A stretch of 64,000 nt of DNA from an uncultured Acidobacteriia bacterium. GTDB lineage: Bacteria; Acidobacteriota; Terriglobia; Bryobacterales; Bryobacteraceae. The position numbers were made by a program, and so were the translations under genes. Position 1 is the stretch's first letter, and each line of letters starts with the position of its first letter. This document shows positions 45,300 through 55,600 of the stretch, piece after piece. The stretch covers positions 13,410-77,409 of the forward strand of contig CAIVPR010000071.1 in assembly GCA_903907865.1 (NCBI GenBank), written 5' to 3'. Below the pieces are notes generated by a model, which saw nothing but the letters and a program-made list of their open reading frames with translations, had not been told where the DNA came from and did not search any database.

Positions 45300-46487
45300 T
45301 CAGGATTTACCCGCATAGTCGCCATATTCCCAGTCGAACGGCACTCCTGTCTCGCCGAGAATAAACGCGACCAGCTTCGCGAAGGCGGCCTCGGCGCGGA
45401 CATCGTTTGACAGGATCACGACGCAACGCTGTCCAGCATCCACGCAGACCATGGTGTTGGCGGTCTGGCCGTCGTGGCCGCCCTTGAAGAAGCCCGGGCC
45501 CTGGGGGCCGTCGAAGACTATGACGCCCAAGCCCGAGTGCAAATCCTTCCGCTGTGCGGCAAGAGGCGCGTCGGGGAGGAAAAGGGGAAACTGGTGGGCC
45601 GTGGGTATGTGCAGCACCGGCCTCGCAATCTCGGCACGGGCGGCGGCGCTCAGTCCGTCGCCCTTGACCAAGGCGGCCGCAAACTTCGAAAAATCGGCAA
45701 TCGTGGTGTTCATGGAACCAGCCGCGCGCACCTTGCTGCGTTTGTCATGTGGCTGGGGCTGACCCTGGTCGTTCCAACCATCGGCAGCGTTTGGATCGAT
45801 GCCGTTCTGAAACACCAAGCTTGTGCGGGTCATGCCCAGCCGGTGGAAATTGACGTTGGCCAGGTCGCCGACATCAAGGCCCAGCCCCTGCGCCTTGCGT
45901 CCGTGTTCCACCGCGAACTGAAGCAGGATGAAACCCTCGCCGGAATAGCGGAAGCGCGAACCAGGCTCGAAATGAATGTGCAGCTTCTGGTCGGGTTCAA
46001 TGAACCAGAAGTTGCTGAATCCGGTCGAATGGGTCAGTGCCATGCGAGGTGTGATCTTCTCCCAACGCGCGTCGTCGACCAGATCCTTGTATGGCCCGTA
46101 CTTGTCCGGAAATACCGGGTCGGGACCATACGTGGGCAGCGGCCTGTCCAGGTACTCCTTGATCGGTGTGTCGAGATTGAGCTTGTGCTGATCGACCAGT
46201 TGCATCACCGTGTAGGCAAATACGGACTTGGTCAGCGATGCGCCGTACATGATCGTATCGGGGGTTAGCGGATCTCCCTTGGCGTTTCGGATGCCAAGGG
46301 CGTTCACGTAGCCAACCTTTCCGTGATCGATTACAGCTACTGCGATGCCCTGGGCGTGCGTCAGAGCCATCAATCTATTCACTTCGTTGTCTATCGCCGC
46401 CTTGCCGGGTATTTGTGCGGCGGTGCCATGATCGGCAAGAGTGGCGATAGACGCCGCCAATATTGGAAGCAGCCTGTTTTTCGTCAT
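45300..46487 (-). CDS. secreted serine hydrolase (beta-lactamase/transpeptidase-like, class C-type fold)
   Basis: Signal peptide; SxxK motif ASLTKSVFAY; 395 aa. Confidence 0.8.
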   Translation of the reverse strand: MTKNRLLPILAASIATLADHGTAAQIPGKAAIDNEVNRLMALTHAQGIAVAVIDHGKVGYVNALGIRNAKGDPLTPDTIMYGASLTKSVFAYTVMQLVDQHKLNLDTPIKEYLDRPLPTYGPDPVFPDKYGPYKDLVDDARWEKITPRMALTHSTGFSNFWFIEPDQKLHIHFEPGSRFRYSGEGFILLQFAVEHGRKAQGLGLDVGDLANVNFHRLGMTRTSLVFQNGIDPNAADGWNDQGQPQPHDKRSKVRAAGSMNTTIADFSKFAAALVKGDGLSAAARAEIARPVLHIPTAHQFPLFLPDAPLAAQRKDLHSGLGVIVFDGPQGPGFFKGGHDGQTANTMVCVDAGQRCVVILSNDVRAEAAFAKLVAFILGETGVPFDWEYGDYAGKS

Positions 46488-46526
46488 CGCTGAGTATGTC
46501 CTGGCGATTCCTCCGTCGGTGGACGC

Positions 46527-46928
46527 CTACTCCACCAACGCCGCAATCCGCCCCTGCATCACCACTACCTCCGTCGACCCCTCCATCGCGGCCCGGTATC
46601 GCTCCTGAAAATCCCCTCCGCCCTCAAAGGGCCCTGTCACCGCCCGCACTTGGGCAACCAGCGCTTCGGCCTCCGCCTGCCCGGCCTTGCTGCGGCGGGA
46701 AAGAGCCTCGTCGATCTCGACAACCAGCGTCGAAAGCGTCTTCAGCCACGCAAAGTGCGGATCCCCGATCACCAGATTCAAATACTGCCCCGGGCTCCCG
46801 ACCGACCCATGCGCTGCCTCGTAGTGGGCCTTCTCCAGATCCAGCAGCAGTTTGTGCTGGTCCAAAAGCAGACTGCTGAGCTTGGTCAACAGCGTTCGGG
46901 TGTCTTGCGAAATCGGTTCGGCGCTCAT
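46527..46928 (-). CDS. hypothetical helical protein
   Basis: Start re-picked at MSAEPISQD (ATG 46928). Coding-like, predicted helical; no motif recognised. Confidence 0.5.
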   Translation of the reverse strand: MSAEPISQDTRTLLTKLSSLLLDQHKLLLDLEKAHYEAAHGSVGSPGQYLNLVIGDPHFAWLKTLSTLVVEIDEALSRRSKAGQAEAEALVAQVRAVTGPFEGGGDFQERYRAAMEGSTEVVVMQGRIAALVE

Positions 46929-47038
46929 GGTGATACCCCCATTGTCCCAGACACGCGGCCCAGTCACTTGCACCAGCCCCCACCGTTGAAAATTACACTG
47001 GAACGGAAGACCCCGAAATGATGTAGAATCAACCCATT

Positions 47039-49315
47039 GTGAGAATTCTGATCCTCTCCCTCACGGCGGTCCTATCCGCCTCCGCCCTCGCCCTCGCAGC
47101 CGCGCCCCCCGCCAAGATCGACTTCGAGAAGCACGTCCAACCCCTCCTCGCCCAGAAGTGCTTCGCCTGCCACGGCGACGAGGTCCAACAGTCCGGCCTC
47201 CGCCTCGACAAGCGCCAGAACGCCATGCGCGGCGGCGACTACGGCCCCGTCATCCTCCCCGGCAAGTCCGCCGAAAGCAAGCTCATCAAGCGCGTCGTGA
47301 ACGGCGACGGCGGTATGAAGATGCCTCCCACGGGCCCCCTCACCGCCGATGAAATTGACCTCCTCAAAGCCTGGATTGACCAGGGTGCCGACTACCGCAT
47401 GGAGATCAAGCCCGAGCCCCCCTCCAAACCGGTCGACCCTCGCCTTGCGACTCTAATCTCCACCCTCCGATCCGGAGCTCTTGCCGACGCCGAGAAGATG
47501 CTCGCCGCAGACAAGACCCTCGTCAACGCCCGAGACGCCAACGGCTCCTCCGCACTCCACCACGCCGCAGCGTTCGCCAGCCTCGACGCGATGAAACTTC
47601 TGGTCGCCAACGGTGCCGACGTCCGCGCCACCAACCGCCGCAAATCCACCCCGCTGCACTGGGCCGTCCGCGACGAGGCCAAGGTCCGTTTCCTGCTCGA
47701 CCACGGTGCCCAGGTCGACGCCCGGCAGTCCGACGGCCGAACGCCGCTCTACCTCGCAGCGTCCGCCGGGAACGCCAACGCCGTCCTCCGCCTTCTGTTA
47801 GACAAGGGTGCAGACCCCAACCAGGCCACGGCCAACGGTAATACTTCACTCATCAACGCCTCCGGGCGCGGCGATGTCGAGGCTATGCGCCTGTTGATTG
47901 CTGGGACAGTGCCCGCCCGAAAGGCCGATGTCAACGCAGCCAGCGGCACCGGGGCCACCGCCCTCATGGCCGCCGCCGGGAGCCGCAATCCCCAGGCCGT
48001 CGCGCTGCTGATCGAAGCTGGCGCGAAGGTTACTGCCCGCACCAAGAAGGATGAAACCGCCCTCGCCAACGCCGCCACCTCCGGTGACGAGCAATCCGTC
48101 CAGCTCCTCCTCGACCACGGTGCCGACGTCAACGTCCGCGACGACCGCGGCTACTCCGTCCTCATGTTCGCCGCCGCCTCCGAGGTGCAGTCCCCCAAGA
48201 TCGTCAAAATGCTGTTGGCGAAGGGTGCCGACGTCAATGTGACCGGCGAGTACGAAACCCCGCGCACGCTCGCAGCCAAGCGCGGCGACACCGAAATCGC
48301 ACGGTTGCTGGGCGTTCCGGAATCCGACCGAAAGCAACTCGGAGTAGCTCCTCCGCCCGCTGCCCGCGCCAGCCAGCCCGCGATTCAGGAGGGCATTTCC
48401 AAAGGCCTGGCCCTGCTAGAAACCCAGAGCCACAACTTCATCCGCATCGCGGGCTGCAATTCCTGCCATTCGCAGGATCTCCCGTCCGCCGCCGCCGCCA
48501 TAGCCCGCGACCGTGGCATCTCGGCCCCCAAATCCATCGCGCAGCTCTCCGAGACCATGAACGGCGAGACCCCCGAGCGCATCCTCGACTATGTCGCCGC
48601 CGGTGTTTCCAGCCTCGGCTGGGAGATCTTCGACCGCGAAATGAACCACGTCCCCCACGACCTCTACACCGATTCCGTGGTCAACTTCGTGAAAGCGATG
48701 CAGACCCCTGAAGGCAACTGGCGCACCGTGTTCGGTCGCCGTGCCCCGATGAACTGGGGCGACTACCAGACCACCGCCACGGCGATCTTCACCCTCCAGA
48801 CCTCCACGCCGCCGGAGGGAAGGGCCGAAACCGCGCAGGCACTGGCCCGCGCGACCGCTTGGCTGGAGAAGTCCAAGCCGGGGAACTCCCAGGACCGCGC
48901 CTTCCAGCTTCTCGGACTCGCGTGGTCGAAGGCCGCCACGCCCGCCGCCATCGAGCAATCCGCCAAAGCCCTCGCCGCCACTCAGCAATCCGACGGCGGC
49001 TGGAAGCAGCTCGAAGGCATGGGGACGGACGCCTACGCGACCGGCCAGGCCCTCTACGCCCTCAATGTTGCGGGCAAGATGTCTGTTTCAGACCCCGTCT
49101 ACCAAAAGGGCGTCGCCTACCTGCGGACCACACAGCAGCCCGATGGCTCGTGGCACGTGAAGACCCGTTCAATCTGGATTCAGCCGTACTTCGAAAGCGG
49201 CTTCCCGCATGGCCAGGACCAGTTCATTTCGTCGGCTGGCACTGCTTGGGCCTCGATGGCGCTGTCAATGACGGTAGATGGAGGCAGTGACACCCCGAGA
49301 TTGAGCCGGAAGTAG
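47039..49315 (+). CDS. PSCyt1 (planctomycete cytochrome c) domain / ankyrin-repeat / CXXCH / prenyltransferase-squalene-cyclase-like repeat fusion protein
   Basis: GTG start and signal peptide. FEKHVQPLLAQKCFACHG...GLRLD (PSCyt1). At least 7 ankyrin-like repeats (G.S(A/P)LH.AA...VK.LL..GADVN). A second CXXCH (GCNSCHS). C-terminal QQSDGGW / QQPDGSW repeats typical of alpha/alpha-toroid terpenoid-cyclase-like folds. Confidence 0.8.
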   Translation: MRILILSLTAVLSASALALAAAPPAKIDFEKHVQPLLAQKCFACHGDEVQQSGLRLDKRQNAMRGGDYGPVILPGKSAESKLIKRVVNGDGGMKMPPTGPLTADEIDLLKAWIDQGADYRMEIKPEPPSKPVDPRLATLISTLRSGALADAEKMLAADKTLVNARDANGSSALHHAAAFASLDAMKLLVANGADVRATNRRKSTPLHWAVRDEAKVRFLLDHGAQVDARQSDGRTPLYLAASAGNANAVLRLLLDKGADPNQATANGNTSLINASGRGDVEAMRLLIAGTVPARKADVNAASGTGATALMAAAGSRNPQAVALLIEAGAKVTARTKKDETALANAATSGDEQSVQLLLDHGADVNVRDDRGYSVLMFAAASEVQSPKIVKMLLAKGADVNVTGEYETPRTLAAKRGDTEIARLLGVPESDRKQLGVAPPPAARASQPAIQEGISKGLALLETQSHNFIRIAGCNSCHSQDLPSAAAAIARDRGISAPKSIAQLSETMNGETPERILDYVAAGVSSLGWEIFDREMNHVPHDLYTDSVVNFVKAMQTPEGNWRTVFGRRAPMNWGDYQTTATAIFTLQTSTPPEGRAETAQALARATAWLEKSKPGNSQDRAFQLLGLAWSKAATPAAIEQSAKALAATQQSDGGWKQLEGMGTDAYATGQALYALNVAGKMSVSDPVYQKGVAYLRTTQQPDGSWHVKTRSIWIQPYFESGFPHGQDQFISSAGTAWASMALSMTVDGGSDTPRLSRK

Positions 49316-49666
49316 TAACCTCGCCGCGATCCAGCGCATCTCATTTCCGTTGTGGGGCAGGTTGGCAACGGTTGGCAACCTGCGGCCGGGTCGCCGACAC
49401 GGCCATGCGCCGGTAGGCGCAGGTTCCTGCCCGTATGACGAGCCAATAGGAATCCCACCGGAACTCTCGGCGGTCTACCCTTGCTTGCACCAGGCCGGGA
49501 GTATGCTATCCTGCCAACGGGTATATGCTGGGAAAGTGACGATCTTTGTGTCGATTCGTCATAATTTGGGTTGCAAGATTTCGCGATGGATGACCGCACC
49601 GGCGGTGGAGACAACGATTTGTTCCGTCAGACAACGTTCAGCAATGGCTTGGCCATGGGAGACCGC

Positions 49667-52600
49667 ATGAGAAACCGCAGTGTGAAGTTGTTGGCGTGTG
49701 TGGGTGCTGTGATCGCTCTTTCCGGCGTCGCATATGGCCAGAACGCGGCATGCACAACCCTGAATCCGAGTCCGGGCTTTCTCAGTGCCGAGGGCCAAAC
49801 GGAACTGATCCCGAGCTTCACCATCACCTGCACGGGCGGGACCACCACGGCCACCGCAAGCATCCAAATGTTCCTGTCGCCGGCGGTCCTCGTTACCAGC
49901 ACGGTCATCAATGCAACAACCGGTGCCACGGAGATCCTGGCAACTGGAACCAACGGCGTGACCGCCGTCAACGCGACGGTGTCTGGATCTGCGATTACTC
50001 TCGCCAGCGTCCAGATCCCGACCACCGGCACCACTCTCACCGTCAGCAACGTCCGGATCAATGCGACGACCATCCCCACCGTGGTCGGCGGTGCCCCATC
50101 GGCGGTCTCGATCGCCAGCTTCGTCTCCGGTAGTAGTGTTACGCCTAGCGCTATACCATCTCAAACGGTCGCTTACGTACTCAACGGCTTGGGGACCACT
50201 GCATTCTCCGGCGACATCGCAGGGGCGCAGGTTAACCTCATCAACACAGTCAACAATACGTCCGCGTCGCCCACTGCCGTCTACCGTACCGCATTCGGCG
50301 TCTGCAGCGGCCTCAACACTTCCACCTCATTCGGTGCCGTCCCGAATCTCTACGTGAAGATCACGGAGGGCGTTAGCACTGCATTCAAAACCCAGGCACA
50401 AGAAGCCAGCGGGTCGGGTGTTGACGCCGTCAACTCGGGCACCCGCTTCAAAGTCACCTTTACCAACGTTCCCGCCGGCATGAACATCTACATGCCGGTC
50501 ACCACGTTCCAAGGCACTTTCGCGATACAGACCGCGACCGCGGTTGCCCAAGTCAGCGAAACCGCGGCTACGAGTGGCACCACAAACAATCAGGTAGCGG
50601 TGACCTCGCCAGCTCAGTTCGTCTCCGGCCTGCTCGTGCAGGGAACCGGAACCACAAGTACCGGCGGCGTGTTCCAATTGCCAGTGTCCTCCGGTACGGC
50701 AACCGCGGTCTATGAAATCGTCGCCGACCAGCAGGGCGCAATCGACACCTTTAACATCCCGGTCTACCTTCAAGCGGCTCCCAACGTGGTCACGGCCCAA
50801 GCCACACCCATTGGAGCCTCAGTCAGTTTTTCACCGGTCACCGCAACGACTACCATTCCGAGCTTTGCGGTCGGCTCCTCCACCACGGTCACCCCCCTCC
50901 TTGCCTTGAACTCCTGCACCCCGGTCCTGAGTTGCACGAATCCAACCGGCTCGGGATTGGAGGCAGGTGCCCTCTTCACCAACACATGCTCTGTGGTCAG
51001 CACGACCGGCATCCCCCCGTTCTCGTTTGCGGCAACGGGCTCGTATCCAGGACTGGGCACCACCAGCAACGCCACGTCCATCACCATCAGTGGCACTCCC
51101 ACAGCCAGTACTGCCAGCTACGGCGTCCAGATTACTGACGCTGCCTCGTCCACAGCTTCGGTGTCCTTCCCCGGCACTGTTGCCTCCGCAGTTTCCGCAA
51201 CGTGTACCCCGACCGGCAATTTGAAAACCGGGTCGACATATTCCGTCACATGCACGGCCGCGAACGGTGTACCTCCTTTTGCATGGACGACAACAGGTAC
51301 CGTTCCGAGCGGTCTTGGAACGATCAGTACCTCAAATGCCACCGCCACCGCGACCATCAGTGGCATATTCACCACCGCCCAGACGGCGACCTTCCAAATC
51401 AAAGTCACCGACAGCGCCAGCACGCCGCAGAGCTCGACGGCCCCACAATCGCTAGGGGGCACTATTGTTTCCGTTCCCACATTCACCTGTACCAAGAACA
51501 CCGTTACCAACAATTCGCTGCCCGAGGAAGTGGGAGTGCTTTATGCAACGTCCTGCACCTCGACTGGTGGTAGCGGCGGCAACGTGTGGTCGATATCAGC
51601 CGGCACCAAACCCACGTGGCTCAATCAGGTCGGCACGACTGGCAACACCACGATTCTTACCGGAACGCCACCAGCGGGAACTACGCTGGCGTTCGACTAC
51701 ACCCTCCAGGTGGTCGATTCCAACAGCAACGCCGCAACCCAACGCTTTCAGGGGACCATGTTGGCGGCACCGACCGTTTCCTGCTCGCCCACAACCATTA
51801 CCGCCCCGGTGATCACCAACACCCTCTTCCCCACCCTGACCTGCGCCGTGTCCGGCGGCACCTCCCCCTACACGTTGGCCCCCTTCAAGGGTTCCATCAC
51901 TGGGACCAAAACTCTCCCCGGCGGTGTCACTCTGTCTCCCACCGCCATCCCGACCACCGCGACCACGGCCACCGTCGCGGGCACCGCGACCGACGCCATC
52001 GGAACCACCTACGGCTTCGCGATCCAGGTCACTGACTCCGCCTCCATTCCCCAGACCGCCCAGTCTGCGGCCTATACCGGCACCATCGTCTCCGCCATGA
52101 CCGCCACCTGCACGTCCACTGGAGTACTCGAGGTTGGCGCGTCCTACTCGGTCACCTGTTCCGTAACCGGCGGCACCGGCCCCTATACCTGGTCGACCAC
52201 TGGGACGATACCTGGGGGGCTCGGAGCCATCAACACTTCAACGGGCGCGATCTCCGGTACCTTTACGACCGCCCAAACCGCCAGCTTCCAGATCAAGGTG
52301 ACCGACAGCCTTAGCCAGTCGTCGACCGCCCCCACCACCCTCGGCGGCAACATCGTCGCCGGACCCTCCTTCACCTGCAGCCCGACCACCCCGCCGCAGG
52401 AGGCCACGGTGCCCTACTCCACCACTTGCACGGCGACCGGCGGCAGCGGCACCTACACCACATGGGCTGTAACCTCCGGCACCCTGCCGTCCTACCTGAC
52501 ACAGACCACTCCCACCGCGACCACCGTCAAGTTCGCAGGCACCCCGACCGCCGGCAGCGTCGATTTCACCGTCGGTCTAACCGATTCCGCCGGTATCGCG

Positions 52601-55600
52601 GCAACCACGCCCCAGCGTTTCAACGGTACCGTCAATGCTGCGCTCGCCTTCACCTGCACCAAAGGCGCGCCCCTGTCTTCCACCGTTGTCTACACCAACG
52701 TATGCACCGTCACCAGCGGCACCGGTGCCGGGACCTTCACGTGGTCGATCAGTGCCGGCAATTTGCCGACGAACGTCGCCCTTCAGTCGCCCACCAACAC
52801 CAACTCGGTCACGATTTCGGGTACGCCGGGCGCGAATGGGGCAGTGATTTTCACCCTGCAAGTCGCCGATTCGGTCGGCGGCACGGCCACCAATCGCTTC
52901 CAAGGCACCATCACCGCAGGTCCGGTCCTCACCTGCAGCAACAACAGCAATCCGGGCGAAGTGGGCGTCGCCTACTCGACCACCTGTTCGGTGACTCCGG
53001 GGACCGGTGTCTCGCCCTACTCCTTTACCCTTACTGGAACTCCGCCATCGTTCCTCAGTTCGACCACCACCGCCACCACCATCACGGTCTCGGGCACACC
53101 TAGCGCCGTTTCTGCGGCCGCAACCTACGCGGTACAGGTGTCGGACAGCACGACTCCAACCGCTGCCACTGCGAGCAAGTCCTTTACGTCAACGGTCGTT
53201 GCGACGTCGGCCTTCACCTGCACCAAGCCCACGACCTTCCGGGCCGACGTGGGCACTACCTACACCAACACCTGCACCGCGACCGCAAACACCGGCGTCG
53301 GTCCCTACACTTGGTCGATCAGCATCGGCACCCTACCTCAGGGACTGTCGCTCTCGGGCAGCACCGGCAACTCTATCACCATCTCGGGCCAGCCTTTGAT
53401 TGCCGGCCTCGCGTCTTTCACCCTCCAAATGGCGGACTCGCTCGGGTCAACGTCGACGTCAGCCTTCTCAGGAAGCGTTCAACGAGTTCCGCTTTTCACC
53501 TGCACGAACAACAACGTGCCCGCCGAAATCAGCTATCCTTACGTGTCGACCTGCACGGTCACCGGCGGTACAGGAGCGACACCTTTCACGTGGGCGATTA
53601 CCGGCACGGGTCTTCCGACCGGAGTCACGTCGACGAGCGCCGCGACCTCGATCACGCTGGCTGGTACCCCCACTGTGAGCGGCAGTGCGAGCTATACGGT
53701 CCAACTGACCGATGGTGCCGGCACGGTCGTGACCCAGCCATTTTCTGGCACCATCGGGGCGGCCCCGGCCTTCACCTGCTCAAACTCAAACGTGCCGGCC
53801 AAGGCCGGCCTCCCCTATAGCTCCGTCTGCACGATCACCACAGGCACCGGCGCTGGTCCGTTCACTTGGTCCATCAGCGCCGGAGCCCTCCCCCTCGGCG
53901 TTTCCGCGACGGTTGCCGGCACCTCGCCCGCACCGACTACGTATACTCTGAGCGGCACGCCTACCATCGCGGGGACATCGACGTACACCCTTCTCCTCAC
54001 TGATTCTTTTGGTGCCACCGCGAGCCAAGTCTTCGCAGGGACCATCGCGCCCGCAGCCTTCACTTGCGACAACTACACGCCACCCGTAGAAGCCGGACTT
54101 GCCTACTCGGTCACCTGTACGGCGAATCCCGTCGCCGGCCCTGCGCCCTACACCTTTGCAATCAGCGCCGGTTCGTTGCCTGCGGGGGTCACGTCCACAA
54201 TTACCGCCAACACGATTAAACTGGCGGCCCCGGTCTCGAGTACAGCCGCCGGAGTCGCGAATTTCACGATCCAACTCACCGATAGCGCAGCGACCCCAAA
54301 CATCACCCAGCGCTCCTTCACCGGCACTATCGCTCCGGCCCTCGCCTTCACCTGCACCAACAACAACGGCCCCACAGCCGTTGGCGCAGCTTATTCCACT
54401 ACTTGCACCGTAACCAACGGCACAGGCATCGCGCCGTATGCGTGGTCCTTCCTCCCGGGCACTGCCTTGCCACCCGGAATGACCGTCGCTGCAGGCACCT
54501 TCAGTGCTGCAGCCGGTGTCACGAGCTTTGTCATCACGGGACCCGCAAGCGCTCCCGGAACATCCAACTTCACGCTGGTCTTGACCGATTCCGCGGGTGC
54601 CACCGTCAATAGGAATTTCAACAGTACCGTTGTTCCGGCCCCCTCGTTCACCTGCACGAACTACGCACCTCCCGTCGAAGTCGGCGTGGCGTATTCGAAC
54701 ACCTGCACGGTAATCAGCGGGACCGGGACATCCCCGTACACGTTCTCCATAACGGGAGTCCCGCCTGCGGGCCTGACGCCTGTGACCAGCGCGACCGGCC
54801 TATCTATCACCAACTATCTGCCGACGCTGCCTGGACCGTTTAACTACGCGGTCACGTTGGTGGACGCCAACGGCGGTACCACCATGCAGCAGTACTCTGG
54901 TGTGATCGCGGCGGTGCCTGTCATCACCTCCCCGAACCCGCTCCCGGCGGCGACCAACGGCACGCCGTATTCCGTGCAACTTTCCGCCATTGGCGGAGTT
55001 CCTGCTGGTTATAGCTGGACTGCAACCGGCTTGCCCGCTTGGGCCACTCCGAACCCGACCACGGGATACATCACCGGTACCCCCACGTCTGCGACTCCCA
55101 CCACCGTGACGATCGGCCTGTCCGACGGCCTAAAGTCCGCGAGTTCGGTCAACTTGGTCCTGCCTGTGAACAACTACACCGGGCAGACTTGGACCCAGTT
55201 GAGCCCCGGCGGCACCCTCCCGCCAGCCAGGGGCGGCCAATCGTCCGTCTTCGATTCGGCAACCCGCCAATTGTTCGTCTTTGGTGGAACTGGTTCCACG
55301 GCCTTCCTGAACGACCTCTGGTCTTATAGCGCCACATCCAACGTGTGGACCGCTCTGAATCCCAATGGAACTGCTCCGGTAGCCCGCAGCCAGGCGTCCG
55401 CCGTCTACGACTCCGTCGCATCCAGGCTGACCCTGTTCGGCGGCCAGACTGGCCCCACCAGTTGCACCAATGACGTTTGGAGCCTTTCCAACGCGAATAG
55501 CCTCGCGGGTGCCCCCGCTTGGACCCAACTTTCCCCGACCGGGACCGCCCCCGCCGCCCGCGAGGGCCACGGAGCGGCATACGACCCCAATACCAACCGC

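Noticed and set aside
50925-54915. The periodic ~285-bp repetition was considered as a CRISPR array or satellite DNA.
   Set aside because: The units are contiguous coding repeats in one open frame, diverged at the DNA level. There is no short identical repeat/spacer structure and there are no cas genes.
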